A stretch of 63,086 nucleotides of DNA, filler included, from Hyphochytrium catenoides (Eukaryota > Protista > Hyphochytriomycota): assembly GCA_900088475.1 (NCBI GenBank). It is 10 parts of 10 records of this genome, joined end to end, with 100 filler letters (N's around TTAATTAATTAA, not from the genome) between each part and the next. Parts side by side here need not be neighbours in the genome. Positions count along the whole stretch, not along the records: positions 35,830 to 44,855 come from FLMG01004060.1; positions 44,956 to 46,148 come from FLMG01001763.1; positions 46,249 to 47,378 come from FLMG01004425.1; positions 47,479 to 49,247 come from FLMG01003556.1; positions 49,348 to 50,821 come from FLMG01004196.1; 5 more parts are not named here. The stretch is one strand, 5' to 3'. Positions 37,010 to 49,981 of the stretch are shown in pieces (the stretch's first letter is position 1; each line of letters starts with the position of its first letter). A program made the position numbers and the translations under genes. The notes beneath the pieces are model-generated. The model was not told the origin of the DNA. It made no database searches and saw only the letters and a program-made list of their open reading frames with translations.

Positions 37010-39239
37010 TGTTTCGCCAAGAAATGTCTCGCCAGAAGAAGATTTCTCTCTCTTCTTCGACAACAACGAAGAGAGAGAGAAGATAAAGAGAAAGCAGAGT
37101 GTCAGCTCGTGGCGAGCTGGAGAAAGCGAATGAGAGAAGAACTTCTTCTTTCTCTTTCTCTCCCTCTTTCCTACCCAGGAGAGTGCCAGCGTCTCTACGA
37201 CCTCGCCTGCGGGAGAGAGAGACTGAAAAGAGAAGGATCGGAAAAGAGAAAGCAGTCTATGACGAAACAGGAGAGGAGAGGAGATGGAGAAGAGAGAGAG
37301 CTCACAGCATTCAAGCTGGACAAGTTTCTCTCTCTCCTCTTTCCTCTTCTCTCTCTCTCTCGAGGTCCGACTCAAGTGGAAAGAGAGAGCAGAGAAGAGA
37401 AAGGGGAAGAAAGAGAGAGAAAAGGAGAAGAGAAGAGAAAATTGACTGCTGACATCCTCTTCAATCGATGCTCTCCCTCGTGCCCTTCTGCCTCTTTCTC
37501 TGAGTTTGTTCACATGCTACGCCTTATAGCAGAAGAGAATTGCTCCCTCTCTCTCTCTTCTGCTCCTTCTCTCTCTCCCAACCCTTTTCCCCCTCCCGTC
37601 GCTTCTCCCGCTCGTGGGAAAGAGGAAGAGAGAGAAGAGAAGAGAGGAGAGAGAGTTAGAACATCGGTGATCAAAGACACACAAAAAGAGAAAGACTCTT
37701 CTCTTCTTTGGCTCCTTGAAAGGCTTTTATACTTCTCTATGAATCCAAGAGAGAGAGCAAAAGCAGAGCTTTCTCTCTCTCTTCCCTCCGCTTTAAAGAG
37801 CAAGGAGCAAAGATCTGAGAAGAGAGAAGGTGGAGAAGCGAGGAGAGAGAAAAGTCAGAGAGGATCTCTTTCCTCTCTCGCTCTGTCTCCCTCTCTTCCC
37901 TCTCTCTCCGGTCACAAGGTCTCTCGCCTCTGTCATCGCTCAGCGATCTCTCTTCAGGCTCTCTTCCGAGGCTATCTCTCTCGAAAAAGATTGAAAAAAG
38001 AGAGAGAGAAAAGTGAGAGAGAGAGAGCAAAAGAGAAAAGGCATACTGCTGCCGTAAAGATCCAGCAAGCAGAGAGAGGGAGAAGGGCGCGGAGACTAAA
38101 ACATCTTCTCGCTGCCCGTCTCTTTCTCTCCTATTGGGAAGAAGAAAGTCAGTCTCTCTTCTATTATAATCCTAGGCTTAACGCCACCTCGTGGGAGAGA
38201 CCCAGGGCTCTGGGACCTCTGGAGCCGAAGAGAAGGATCATTCTCCCTTCTTCTTCTCTCTCTCTCCGTGTGGAATGTTGGTCATGTCGTGCTTCTTCTC
38301 CTTCTCTTTCTCTCTCTCTCTCCCTTGTCAGCACGTCCTGCTCTCTCTGTCCACAGCTTCTCTGTTCGCACTGTGCGGAAAGGCACCGGAGAGACCATCC
38401 GAACCATCCTGTGCGAACGATCCCACACTGTGCAGAATGCACTTATCAGGTGATTTTCTCTCTCTCTCTCTCTCTGTCTCTTTCACACTCTCTCTATTTT
38501 TGTGTCCTCTTTCTCTCTCGCGTGCGCTTGTCCTTGCTCTATATCTATCTCATTTTCTTTTACTCTCTCCTTCTCTCTCTCTTTCTCTTTCTCTGTTCAG
38601 TTCATCTCTTTCTCTCTGCTCTTCTTTCCATCTGACTCTATCCACTGGCGCTCTCTCTCTCTCTCCCTCTATCTCAAATGTTTGTCTCTCGCATTACCTT
38701 TGCCGTCATCTGTGTCTCTCTCTTCCCCTCTCTCTCCTCTTCTCACATCTCTTTCCTTTCCAAAACCTCTGACAGCGTCAGCGTTCTCGTTATCTGGTCA
38801 AAAGAGTCTTTGTCTTTCCATCAAGCTTCTCTCTCTCTCTTTTTTTTTCTCTTTCTTTCTTTCTCTCTCTCTCTCTCTCTTTATTGACGTCTTCCTCTCT
38901 CTTCTCTCTCCCTTACAGGTGGCGTCTATTTACTGCTTCCATTGCAAGGATTACTTCTGTGACAGCTGTTCCTCTGTCTTCCACCGCTCCGGTCTTCTCT
39001 CTCTCCAGCACGCGAGAGAGAGACTTCTCCCTGCTTGCTCCTCATGTGGAGAGGTAACGGCGAAGAGAAGGCTGTTAATAGAGAAGAAAGACAAAGAGAG
39101 AGAAGAAGAGAGAGACAAGGGAGATAGCCTGGCTACTTCAAAGTTAATGTGCGAAGACTGCGCAAGAAAGAGTTGGCCGAGAGAGGAGGAGAGAGAGCTA
39201 TCGACGGCGCCTATACTGGACTCTCTGCTACTTTATTAG
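37010..39239 (+). CDS. IQ + WW + B-box zinc-finger protein (upstream exon(s) likely from ~36100)
   Basis: IQ motifs 'SAISLQALFRGYLSRKRL' and 'AAVKIQQAERGRRARRL'; WW-like 'WEEESQSLFYYNPRLNATSWERP'; B-box-like 'CSLCPQLLCSHCAERHRRDHPNH' and 'CAECTYQ|VASIYCFHCKDYFCDSCSSVFHRSG..H' across the intron at ~38450-38918. Confidence 0.8.
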
Positions 39240-39509
39240 TGGTTCCTCTCAAGAAAAGAGCAGGGACAGAAGAGAGGAGAGCGGGAGAGAGAGAGAAAGA
39301 GAAAGAGAGAAGAGAGAGAGTAGATGTCCTGTAGGGAGAAGAAAAAGGTGAATGATCAAAGAAAGGCACAGCGGCTGTGCCTTGGGTTATTGATACGTGC
39401 TCTTAAAGAGCCGGTGACCCTTTCAAAACGTATAAGGAGAGACATTCTCTCTCTCTTCTCTCTCCCTCTCTCTTTCCTCTCTGTCTCTTCCTCTCTCTGG
39501 CCGTCCAAC

Positions 39510-40568
39510 TCAGAGCCTTACTCCTCTAAGGCCCCAGACCTCTACTGCCGCAATCTGAAAGCTCTCCTGCTGTTCCGATCTCTGTCTCTCCCTCGCATCT
39601 TCTCTCCCACGTCCCCTGCCATCGTCTCTCTTCTTTCTCTCTCTCTCTCTCTCCTCGTCTCTCTCCTCTCTCTCCACCAGCACCTCGTTCATAAAGGTCT
39701 CACATTCTTGTGAAAAACCGTGGGAGAAATCCCCGTTTAAAAACAGGGCGATACCTTTTCCCCCGCCAATCGCTAAGTAATCGTCTCTTCCCGTCGCAAA
39801 ATACCCATTTCTACCACTCCAATGGAAGATACGAAAGGTGGGTTTTATGGTGAAGAGAAACATGCTGCCCGTCCCGAAAGAGCGGTTCCGTCGCCAGGAC
39901 TCGGAGATGAAGGCTGAAGAGAGAGAGAGAGAGAGAGAGANNNNNNNNNNNNNNNNNNNNNNNNNNNNNNNNNNAGAGAGAGAGAGAGAAGGGGCTCATC
40001 AGACGCGAAAGGAGGGAGGGATAGCAAGCAGATGAGAACGGGAATGGCAGCAAAAGAGAAGAGAAAGTTGCCCTGGGACAAAAAACCTCACGCTCATCGT
40101 AAGACAATGCAGCAAGTAAAGAAGAGATACAATTGCACTTTGTGACTCTCCAAGGTGGAGGATTGGCTGCCTCCCTGCTCTCTCTCTCTCTCTCTCTCTC
40201 CTCCTCCTCTTCTTTATTAGAGAAAGGCTAAGCTTACCTCCGATCACCTCGTCTTTCATCGTTTTAACGAGGAGAATGGACGGACCTAAAGAAAGAATAA
40301 CAATAATTTGATATTGAGTGTAACTCAGAAGAAACAAAAAGAGAGTGAGGGAGAGAGAGGAAAGGAGACAGAGAAAGAGAAATGAGGAAGGGAGAGACGA
40401 GTGAGCGCGAGAGAGAAAAGGAGACAAAGAGAGAGAAAGGACGAAGAGAGAGACAGACAGGGCGAAAGAAGAGCAGAAGAGAAATGAGGAAGAACGAGAC
40501 AGAGAGAGCGAAGAAGAAGCGGAGAAAAGACAGGGAGAAAAAGAGAGTCAGCAGATAAAAAATGAAAA

Positions 40569-40607
<39 letters not shown>

Positions 40608-42119
40608 TGACGAAGATAATGAGGTGCTGGATAGATGTGAAAGGAGAGAGCAATGAGCAAGGAAGGACTGTGAGGGCAAAACAAAGAACTGAAAAGGAGA
40701 GATCATAGAGAGTGAGAAGAGAGACAGAGACATAAAGAGAGAGAGACACACACAGAGGAAGAGAGACACCTTCTGTTTCCTACCTTTATTCTCACAGGCA
40801 TCATAGAAGGTTAGCATGCTTCCCCCATGTATATAGTTAGCCCACAGCAGCACGACCCGGCTCTCCTGGAGAGAGAAAGGGAGAGACCGACGAATTCGTC
40901 TCATGTTTTCCTCCGTAATGATCTTCGATCTCTCTCCTCTCTCTCCCCGAAAGAGAGTAAACACGCCGTCTCTGTCTATTGCCTCTGAAGCTTTAAGCCA
41001 GAAGTCTCTTCCTCTCTCTCTCTTCCCATTCTTCCCATGTCTTCTCTCTCTCTCTTCAAGCTCTCTCAGCGCTTCGAGTTCGTGGCAGGGAAGAGAAGAG
41101 ACATGTGTCGCATGCAAGTCCTTTGTCGGAGGAAACATTGCCGTGGCAACCGAGTCAGAGGCGAGTCTCTTTCCTCCCTCTCCCCCATTCTCTCTCTCTC
41201 TTCTCTTTCTCTCCAGGTACTCTGTATATATGGCAGGTCTTCGAAACGTGATGGAGAGAGGGAAAGAGTTGGTGTCAATGTACCGTTTGAAGGAAGGAAG
41301 AGTCCACCGAGAGGCGTCCCAATCGCCGTCTACCGCCATAATAACATCGCCAGGCTGGAGGAGAGAGAGAGAAGAAGACCGGGACGAGCGAGAGGGAGAG
41401 AGAGAGAGAGAACCGTCGACAGACCAGACTTCGATACTTCCGTACATCCTGGTAGACGGGACAACCTTGATGCCTAAAGGTTTCTTAGGAAAATGGACGT
41501 TAAAGTCCCCTGTCTCTGATAGTAGAGAGAGAGAGAGAGGTGGAGAGAGAGACTCATCTCTTCCCTCTCTCTTCTTCTGCTGTCGGAGTCTCTCCTTGAC
41601 GTCCCTCTCTAAAGACCTTCGCCATTGTGTGGCGGTGGCTCTCGTATTCCACGCCTTGTTCTCTCTCTCTCTCTGCAAGTGGCGGTACTCTTGGGAAGAA
41701 GGGAGGAGAGAGGTAGCCACACTTCTCGAGTCTTTTTCTCTCTCTTGCCGAACAAAGGAGAGGGAGAGAGGTGGAGAGAGAGAGTCGATATTCTCTATAA
41801 ACTCTTCGATGGACCAACCCGCAGCCGCCCTCTCTCCATTAAGTTCTACCAAAACATCTCCTTTCTGGTCAAGGAAAAGAGAGAGAGTGAGTGAGCGTGA
41901 GAAGAGTGTGTGTGTGTGTGTGTGACAGAGAGAGAGAGAGTAAAAGGTAAAAGGAAGAGAGAACAGAGAGACAGAGCCACGGGAAGAAAGACAGCCAAAG
42001 CGCTCTAGGACACGAAGATTACAATGACATAAACACCAAAAGGAAAAGAGAGACAATCGTAAGGTTCTGGTGGGGCAAAAGAACAGGGCGAGAGAGGGAG
42101 GGCGAGAGAGGGAGGGAGA

Positions 42120-42151
<32 letters not shown>

Positions 42152-42510
42152 TAACGCCACACACCTCAACTGGAGAGTTCTCTCTGAAGACCTCTTCCAC
42201 TTCTAAAGAGCCAAAGAGACGTGTGGACGGAATGATGAGCAGTCCCAAGGGCTTCTCATAGAAAGTGACGGTGTATTTTCCATCCACATCCAGTGCAGGA
42301 GAGACAGGACGGTGGGCGGGAGAAGAGAGAGAGAGAGAGGGAGAGAAAGGAGGAGGTGCAGACGAGGAAGAGGGAGAAGAGAAAGAGACAGCGTTGGCGG
42401 GTGACGCCTCTTCCCTGGCGGAGAAGTCTTCAGAGTTTCTCCTCAAGCGATGAAGGTTCTGCCGAAACTTCTCAATGTAAGCGGCGGCAGGAGTCCGGGG
42501 TCGTGCTAGG
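39510..42510 (-). CDS. Tandem PDZ-like domains plus C-terminal TLDc (OXR1/NCOA7-like) protein; may extend upstream towards 44855
   Basis: PDZ-like 'YTVTFYEKPLGLLI..|KGDVLVELNG..PLSLSFVR' and 'FNVHFPKKPLGIKV..LQPGDVIMAVDG..PLSITFRRP'. TLDc 'SKII..LP..LLWANYIHGGSMLTFY|..LLVKT..VIGG|..FLF..FHWSGRNGYF..LAIGGG..ALFLNGDFSHGFSQECETFMN..FQIAAVEVW'. Confidence 0.88.
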
Positions 42511-42898
42511 AGGAGAGAACAGGGAGAGAACATCGACAAGAGAGAGAGGAAATTGGGACAGGAGTAGGGGGAGAGAGAGAGAGAGGGACAGAGAGGGAGA
42601 CAGAGACAGAGAGAAGGAGAGGGAGAGAGAAGAAAGAGGTAGGAGATAAGAGGAGAGGGGAAGAGAAAAAGAGTGTTGCGAGAGAGAGAGACAAGAAGAG
42701 AGAGAAAAAAGGAGATCCATCAGCGTGTGACTCTGTCTTTTTGGTGAGCATCACCTAAGTACGCTGAATAGCCGTCTCTCTCGTTCCCCACATGGATTTC
42801 TCGTGTCTTTTGTCTCTCTCCTGCTCTTTCTCTCCAGCAGCTCTCTCTCTTTCTTGACCCCAACCTTCTTTTCTTTTGCCAAGTTCCACCTGTTCCTG

Positions 42899-42929
<31 letters not shown>

Positions 42930-43590
42930 CTATCTCTTCTCTCACGTGCGCGCTCTGTCACAGACTCCCTTCTCTCTTTATCTCCCGTGCTCTCTCCTCT
43001 CTCTGCTTTTGTCTGTCACAACTGTTCCCCCCTTCTCTCTCTTCACCCGTCTCTTCCTCTTCTCTTCTCTTGCACCTTTCGCACCTTCTCTCTGTGCTCT
43101 TGTCTGCAAGAATCTCTCCAGCGCTTCCTCTGTCTCTGGCAGCTGGAACTCCTTCCTTGTTGGGCTGTTGAAGGAAAATCTCTCCTCCGGGTCCTCCTCC
43201 TCTTTTCTCCACCACATTCTCCCTTTGCTTTCTCTCCCGTTGTCTGTCTCTCTCTTTTCTCTCTCTCTCACTCACTCTCTCACTTTCTCTCTCTCACACA
43301 CAAACTCTCTCTCTGTGTTTGATCTCTCTCTTTGTCTCTCTCTCTGTCTCTCTGTTTTTGTCCTCTCTTTGCTCTCTCTCTCTCTCTTATCTCTTATCTC
43401 TTCCACTTCGTTCTTGTTCTCTCTTCGTTGTTCCCTCTGTCGTCAGAAGAAGCTGCAGTCTTCACTTTGCTCTCTCGTCTGCACCTGTCTCTGATCTCTA
43501 ACGATCAATTCTTACGTGCAGAAAATTCTTTATCTCTATCATGTTCCCTTTTCTACTCTGTCTTTCTCCATGTTTCTCTTCCTCTCTTTT

Positions 43591-43624
<34 letters not shown>

Positions 43625-43806
43625 GTCTTACACAGGTCTTGTCCGGCTCTCTCGCCTGCACAATCGCCCGGATCGATCCTCTGAACTTCAATGTGAAAGC
43701 TTCAGAATAGGGAGACGAAGATCTATATCTTACGAAAGAGAAGCAGAGAGAAAGACAAGAGAGACAATAGGAGAGAAGAGAAGAGAAGAGCGAGAGAGAC
43801 AGAGAA

Positions 43807-43852
<46 letters not shown>

Positions 43853-44955
43853 GAGAAGAGAACAGGAGAGAGAGAGAGAGCAGCGGTCAACAAATGCAGA
43901 AAAGAGAAGAAAAGCATGGCACAGAGCTTTTCCACTGGGCCCACCCGCCCTCCAGCCATTACATACCTCATCTGTTCCTAAGGGTGGGTGGGGCGAAATC
44001 TTGTTGAAGATGCGAGGAGTCATCAGAACCGCAATAGCCGTTAACGGTCGTATATCCTTAGATCTTCGGTATTTTTTGCTTCAGGGAACAGTTTGAGCCT
44101 CAGGTGGTAATTATTTTATCCAGCGCTGCTTAACCTTAGCGTTTATGCCATGAGAATGATGAGGAGCAACCTATTATTGTCGTTTTATCACAAGTCAGAA
44201 GCACCAGAGAATCATGAAGTGGGACAAAAGAACCGGGGTGTGAAAGCGAAAGAGAAAGTAAGAGAGAGAGAGAGAGAGAGANNNNNNNNNNNNNNNNNNN
44301 NNNNNNNNNNNNNNNNNNNNNNNNNAGAGAGGAGAGGAGAGGAAAGGAAAGAGGAGGATGAGAGAGGGAACAGAGGGAACAGAGAGAGAGAGAGAGAGAG
44401 AGAGGAGAGGAGAGGAGACGAGAGGAGAGGAGACGAGAGGAAAGGAAAGGAAAGAGGAGGATGAGAGAGGGAACAGAGATGACGATAGGAAAGGTGTGCG
44501 AGAGAGAGACCAGAGAAGAGAGACAGGGAGAGAGAGAGAGAGCAATAATGCCATCAAGGGCAAGCATCAAGGCAGAGAGATGGAGATGGAAAAAGGTCCC
44601 GCAGTGGGAGAGAGTCAAGGGGAACTGGATAGATTTTTTGTCTTCAAGGGAGAAAGGAAAGAAATCTTGAAGGGAGAAAGGAACCTTTTATTAGGAGAAT
44701 GCTGATTAGACAAAAGAGAGAGAGACTTTCGAGAAAGAGACTCACAAGAGAGAAACAGGGAGAGAGAGAGAGCTGAGGAATAGTCTCCCAGGGGTTGATA
44801 ACTCCGAAAGGCGAAGCTTCAGCAGAGAAAGATTGGCGCTGGGAAAGGCGAAGGGNNNNNNNNNNNNNNNNNNNNNNNNNNNNNNNNNNNNNNNNNNNNT
44901 TAATTAATTAANNNNNNNNNNNNNNNNNNNNNNNNNNNNNNNNNNNNNNNNNNNN

Positions 44956-46037
44956 GGCTGAAGGCTCCAGGTAGGAGGACTGGGTGCTCTATTGACAGAT
45001 TTTTTGATAAGCGCTTGAGAAAGGGTCAACCTTATAATTCAATGAGTTATTGAAGCCGTCGAGTCACACTTTTCATGCTACCAGACCACATAGTTCTCGT
45101 CCCCAGAGCTTTGTGCTCTATATGACTCTCTATTTAATGATTGCTTGAACTCAACGTCTCTGCTTCAAGGTTCCTCAAGCTGAATTATCCTTGATCCCAT
45201 TTTTGCATCGCCATCTACACTTGTCGCTGACATTGTTATACTTCTACTAGAAAGAGCACAAAGGAGCTGGGATACTGTGTCCCGCGGCCCTCCGTACGCT
45301 CTGGACGTCTACTCACTGGCTGCATTGATGTACGAGGTAGGAAATGGCAGTTCGTTTCGGTCTCCGGAGCAGCTCCAGGATACGCTCAACATTCCCGGAG
45401 ACATCGCAAGCGCCTATAAGCGAATGATAGCGCACACGGTAAATCTTTGCTTGATTTCACTCTTCTCGATCCCTTTTAACTCATGCAGTTTGATCTGTCT
45501 ATTACTTCGTATAGCCTGGTAAACTCTTGTCCGAATCAGAATTGCCTGCTATATCACTCTCCTTCCCCTGTGCAAAAGCTATACTGATAGCTCTTGTTGG
45601 TCTTTTCCATTTAAGTGGTGCTCTTGAGTCCCAAGAGCTCTTGGCTCTCCTCTCACTGGTTCCATCGGCTTTTGACCCATTGACCTGAAGTCTCCTTCAA
45701 CAATCACTCCACAGCCGACCTCCAGAATAGAGCCAATCAAGATATTGGAGTCCCCTTACTTTCGCCACCACTTCGTAAGGTAAGAGAGCAAATATCACCA
45801 TGACCTAGGAGAAGAAGACCCTGAATAGCGAAAGACAGACAGACTAAAGTACTTACTTTGAGGGAGACGGGTTAGTTAAACAAGAGAAACTGGACATTTG
45901 GGAGAGTTGTCCGTGAAGTCGTTGACTCACTCTTACGCAGCACCAACATATTCTTTGAAGAGTTCGCTCTAAAGGACTCGCAACAAAAGCTGGACTTTTT
46001 TAACACCCTCCCAGAGCTTCTTGATAACTTTCCCCTG
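44956..46037 (+). CDS. SCYL1: SCY1-like pseudokinase (SCYL1/Cex1 family), internal fragment
   Basis: Spliced exons read 'LKAP|ERAQRSWDTVSRGPPYALDVYSLAALMYEV..IPGDIASAYKRMI..|PTSR..SPYFRHHFV|TNIFFEEFALKDSQQKLDFFNTLPELLDNFP', matching the SCYL1 kinase-end/HEAT junction. Confidence 0.8.
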
Positions 46038-46446
46038 GTCGGTGCAACTCACCTAACTCTTCTTACCATGGTCCTATGGCAGCACTTTGACCTCTTCCTG
46101 CAAGAGACAAATGTGTCTTCATGCGACAAAGCTGAAATCTAACTTTGTNNNNNNNNNNNNNNNNNNNNNNNNNNNNNNNNNNNNNNNNNNNNTTAATTAA
46201 TTAANNNNNNNNNNNNNNNNNNNNNNNNNNNNNNNNNNNNNNNNNNNNTCTCTCTCTCTCTCTCTTCTTCTCTCTCCTCCCTTCTCTCTCTCTCTCTCTC
46301 TCGCACTCTCTTTCCCCTCTTACCCTCGTGTCCATGTTACTTTCCATCATGCTCCCTGCTCCCCAGTACCAATAACGATCCTTTGTCTATTCTCTCTCTG
46401 CCTCATTGACGGTATTTGACTGACATTCTCTTTGTTTTATACCCAG

Positions 46447-47378
46447 CTGGACATCAGTCTTCGCCCCGATTGGGCCTTCCTTATCTCGTTGGAGAAGCTA
46501 GACAGAGTTGTCGCAGAGATCAGGACACACAAGGAGAAGGGAGAAGCGTACTGGCTGCATGAAGAGGTATGTTAAGGAGAGAGACGGCGAGAGAGAGAAA
46601 GAGGGAATAAATGAGGAAGAGGGACCATTGGGAAGAACTCACGATTGATCTCTCTCGCGTGCGCTCCGCCTCCTCTCTCTCTCTTTGGCCCTCCTTCGGC
46701 CTTGGTGTTCAGGTTCAGGGCAATTTGAGGAAGTTTATTAAGGAAACGCTGCACGACTCGCTGGAGGACATCGCCGTCATCTGCACAGAGAATGTAAAGC
46801 GATGCTCTTCTCTGTCATACAAATTTCCCCGGCGCAGCTGTCTATCATATCTCTGTCCTCTCTGTATCTTCCACCTTTCTCTATAATTTCTCTTGGGGCG
46901 GAGTTCTTTCTTGCATATCAGCCTTTTACCTTCGATACATTGCGCCTATTTTTGCACGTTCTCTTTTCTCTCTCTCTCTCACACTCTTCTCTCTCTCTCT
47001 CTCTCTCTNNNNNNNNNNNNNNNNNNNNNNNNNNNNNNNTCTCCACGTGGATGAGCGATGTCCTCGCTCTTCATATATATCTGTCTCTCTCTCCCTCTTT
47101 TGCCTTCAACTTTCTTTGACTCTCCTCTTCCATAATTATGTCTATTTATCGCACGACGTGTCCATCCATCCTACATGTATCTTTGCCTCTGCCCTCCTGC
47201 CTTGGTCAGCACTCTGGTCGTCACATGGGGCTCGCTTCTCTTTTCTCTCCTTCCGTGCCTTTCTGCTCCTCCCTTCGACGGTCTCCCTCAATTCTCATTT
47301 TGTTAGGCTCTTCCTGACGATGTGATGGGTCATTGCTCCGCGCATCTCTTCATTGAGCCCTCGGGTCCCATTCATCTC
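46447..47378 (+). CDS. Internal fragment (3 exons) of an unidentified protein
   Basis: Phase-0 GT-AG exons: 'LDISLRPDWAFLISLEKLDRVVAEIRTHKEKGEAYWLHEE|VQGNLRKFIKETLHDSLEDIAVICTEN|ALPDDVMGHCSAHLFIEPSGPIHL'. Confidence 0.55.
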
Positions 47379-47478
47379 NNNNNNNNNNNNNNNNNNNNNN
47401 NNNNNNNNNNNNNNNNNNNNNNTTAATTAATTAANNNNNNNNNNNNNNNNNNNNNNNNNNNNNNNNNNNNNNNNNNNN

Positions 47479-48968
47479 GTCGTAGCCTCCTGCAGCAGCA
47501 GAAGTGTCAGAAAGGACGCGTCTTGTACCCACTCAGCTGGAAGAAGAATGTGCAAGTTTCCAAGTTGGGACTAGTAGTCGTCGCGGCAAGGAGAGGCACT
47601 AGAAGAGCCAACAGGAGAACAGAGTTAGACCGAGCTATACCTCCAACAAGCACGCCTTTCTCTGCAAGTTGTTCGAGCAGCTTCTCCTGGTTGATCTTGG
47701 GGTCTAGCTGGAAATAAATAATGTTTGTCTCCACTCCAGCGGGATCAAGGATCACCCCGTCCATAGCACTCTGTGTCCAGGGAAGAGGGAGGCAGGGGTC
47801 ACCAAAAGCTTCTAAAGATCAGTGTAAAGCTACCCATCATCATTTCTCTGAGGCCTTAGCTTTTCTCTCTCTGGCCTCGTAGGTCCTGGCTCCTCTCGTG
47901 TTTTCTCTTCTCTCTCTCTTTCTCTCTCTCTGCAACAGTTGGCAGATGGTGTGTTAACCTTGACTCCACAGCCCACAGAAGCTGTCTGCTCCCCATGCTA
48001 AATAATTGATTCTCCGCTTACCAAGGCGCTTGCAAGCTCTTTAGCATGTCGATGGTCATCCGCGAGTCGCTCAACGTTGTTCTCAAGCGCGTAAAGTCCC
48101 GCAGCTGCGATGATTCCTGCCTGTCGCATCCCACCTCCGAGCGATTTCCTTACTCTTCTAGCCTACAACCGGGCGTAGAAAGGGTAAGAGCCTCCAGGAT
48201 GCCGGAAAACGAGGAACAGTAAGCATCCTACACCCTTACTTTTCTGATGAACTCTTCCCTGCCAGCGATGATTGAACCAACGGGTGCCCCTAGACCCTTA
48301 CTCAGGCAAAGCGACACGGAATCCACGCCATCCAGCAGCGCAGAAGCCGCACACTTAGTGGCTACCGCAGCATTCATGAGGCGAGCACCTGGTGGGGATG
48401 AGAAGAGAGGGAGAGAGGTGTAAGAGCGACAAGAAGACGTGGAAAGAGAGGCCGGTGAATAGGGAACGGCTAGAACAACGAAGGATCCACTTTTCACAAA
48501 GTGCAGTGACACTTCTTTACCGTCCATATGAAGGTGTAAATCATGCTCTTGACAAAGGGTAGCTACGGAAGTGATAAAGGCAGGGTCCAGCACTTTCCCT
48601 CCTGCTCGGTTCTGTGTGTTCTCCAGCGCAACAAGACGGCTCCTAGAGACAGCACAGTTACGCCTACACTACGCAGTACGTCATCATGCTCTGCCATCAC
48701 CTACTTTTCTCGTCCCTTCGCAGACCCTCCTTTCCATCGGCTTTGGTTCTCTCTTTCTATCTGTCCGTCTCCCTCTTTATTGGGTCCATCTATGCACATC
48801 CCTCCTTAATATTGTTGCTCCAATGCTCCTCCTTCAAGCCCATTGCCAGCAGCGGCGGTCACCTTGGATAGTGCACATCATCCTCGCGGATGGCACTCCG
48901 AATTGCCTCCAGGCTGATACTCCCGTCCTCATTGTTAGGCAGAGTACGCTGCGTGACTCCGAGATACA
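47479..48968 (-). CDS. GLY1: Low-specificity L-threonine aldolase (GLY1/LtaE family), partial, multi-exon
   Basis: 'IREDDVHYP|..[18 protein letters not shown]|[24 protein letters not shown]..|[32 protein letters not shown]..|VETNII'. The PLP-lysine motif SKGLGAP is intact. Confidence 0.95.
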
Positions 48969-49347
48969 CTAAGTTACGTCAAGATGCAGGCGCAAGGGCA
49001 TCGTCAAAACTCGAAGCGAGCACAAAGCATGGCTTCTGGGACGAAGAGAAGGCACTGAGGGTGGAAGTAGCACAGACCAGTGGAGGAAGGTTGCTAGAAG
49101 AAAGAGCGAGAGCAAACAAGAACAGTAGATTGTAGACAGTTAAAAAGCAAAGAGGGAGAGCGGGGCTGGAGGAGTGCGGGCTTCGGGACGGAGTTTAGAA
49201 GAGCGAGTTTGCGGAAGATAGAGAAAAGGAGGAGAGAGAGAGAGAGANNNNNNNNNNNNNNNNNNNNNNNNNNNNNNNNNNNNNNNNNNNNTTAATTAAT
49301 TAANNNNNNNNNNNNNNNNNNNNNNNNNNNNNNNNNNNNNNNNNNNN

Positions 49348-49948
49348 AAACGAGCTTTGCAGACGCAGGTTCCTCCCAATAAGCCATCGAATGACAGGAG
49401 TGGGAGAGATGAGAAGAGAAGAAGAAATTCCAGAAACCTCGGAAGATTAAAGGGAAGTGCTGGAACTGTTACACTCCTGGCCATATGGCAGAGGACTGCA
49501 AAAAGCCTCCCACCGACGGCAAGAACAAAAAGGGCAGAACAGCTCTGATGGTGCAGAAAGGTCCGCAAGAAGAGGAGCTAATGTCTGGACAGTGGATAGC
49601 GGACTCCGGGGCTACTCACCATATGTGCAATGATAGCAGTGCCTTCGCTACATTGACACTCAAAGATGATGAGGTTGAGGTGGCAGAGGACAGAAGGTAC
49701 GCTCTTTAGGATATGCCACCATTCACATTGACATGCGAGTCAAGGGTGAAGTGAAGCCGTGTACCCTGCATGGAGCGCTGCTTGTTCCACAGCTGCACAA
49801 CAGTCTGTTCTCCGTGCAGCAAGCGTCCGAGCGGGGAGTTAAAACCTCGTTTGAGGGAAAGGCTTGTGCTCTCGAACATGCAGTGACAGGAGTGAGGATA
49901 GGAGAAGGCCAGAGGAAGAACGGTCTCTATTTCCTCAATGCTAGTGTC
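49348..49948 (+). mobile_element. Ty1/Copia fragment: gag Zn knuckle and aspartic protease, degenerate
   Basis: 'KCWNCYTPGHMAEDC' (CCHC), 'WIADSGATHHMCND', 'LHGALLVPQLHNSLFSV' and 'GQRKNGLYFL'. Contains frameshifts and a stop. Confidence 0.92.
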
Positions 49949-49981
49949 TGTAACATTCTCCGTAGCCAGAGGACGATGACA

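Larger units (their letters stand above)
29850..44855. repeat. Dense (CT)n/(GA)n microsatellite-rich domain (similar at 300-1900, 8100-10530 and 50922-58549)
   Basis: Abundant perfect and degenerate CT/GA runs. Internal N gaps fall within these runs. Confidence 0.95.

Noticed and set aside
40548-42539. 663-aa single ORF taken as the full TLDc protein
   Set aside because: It reads through CT-rich introns (e.g. ~41865-42165). The real product is spliced and continues to 39510.
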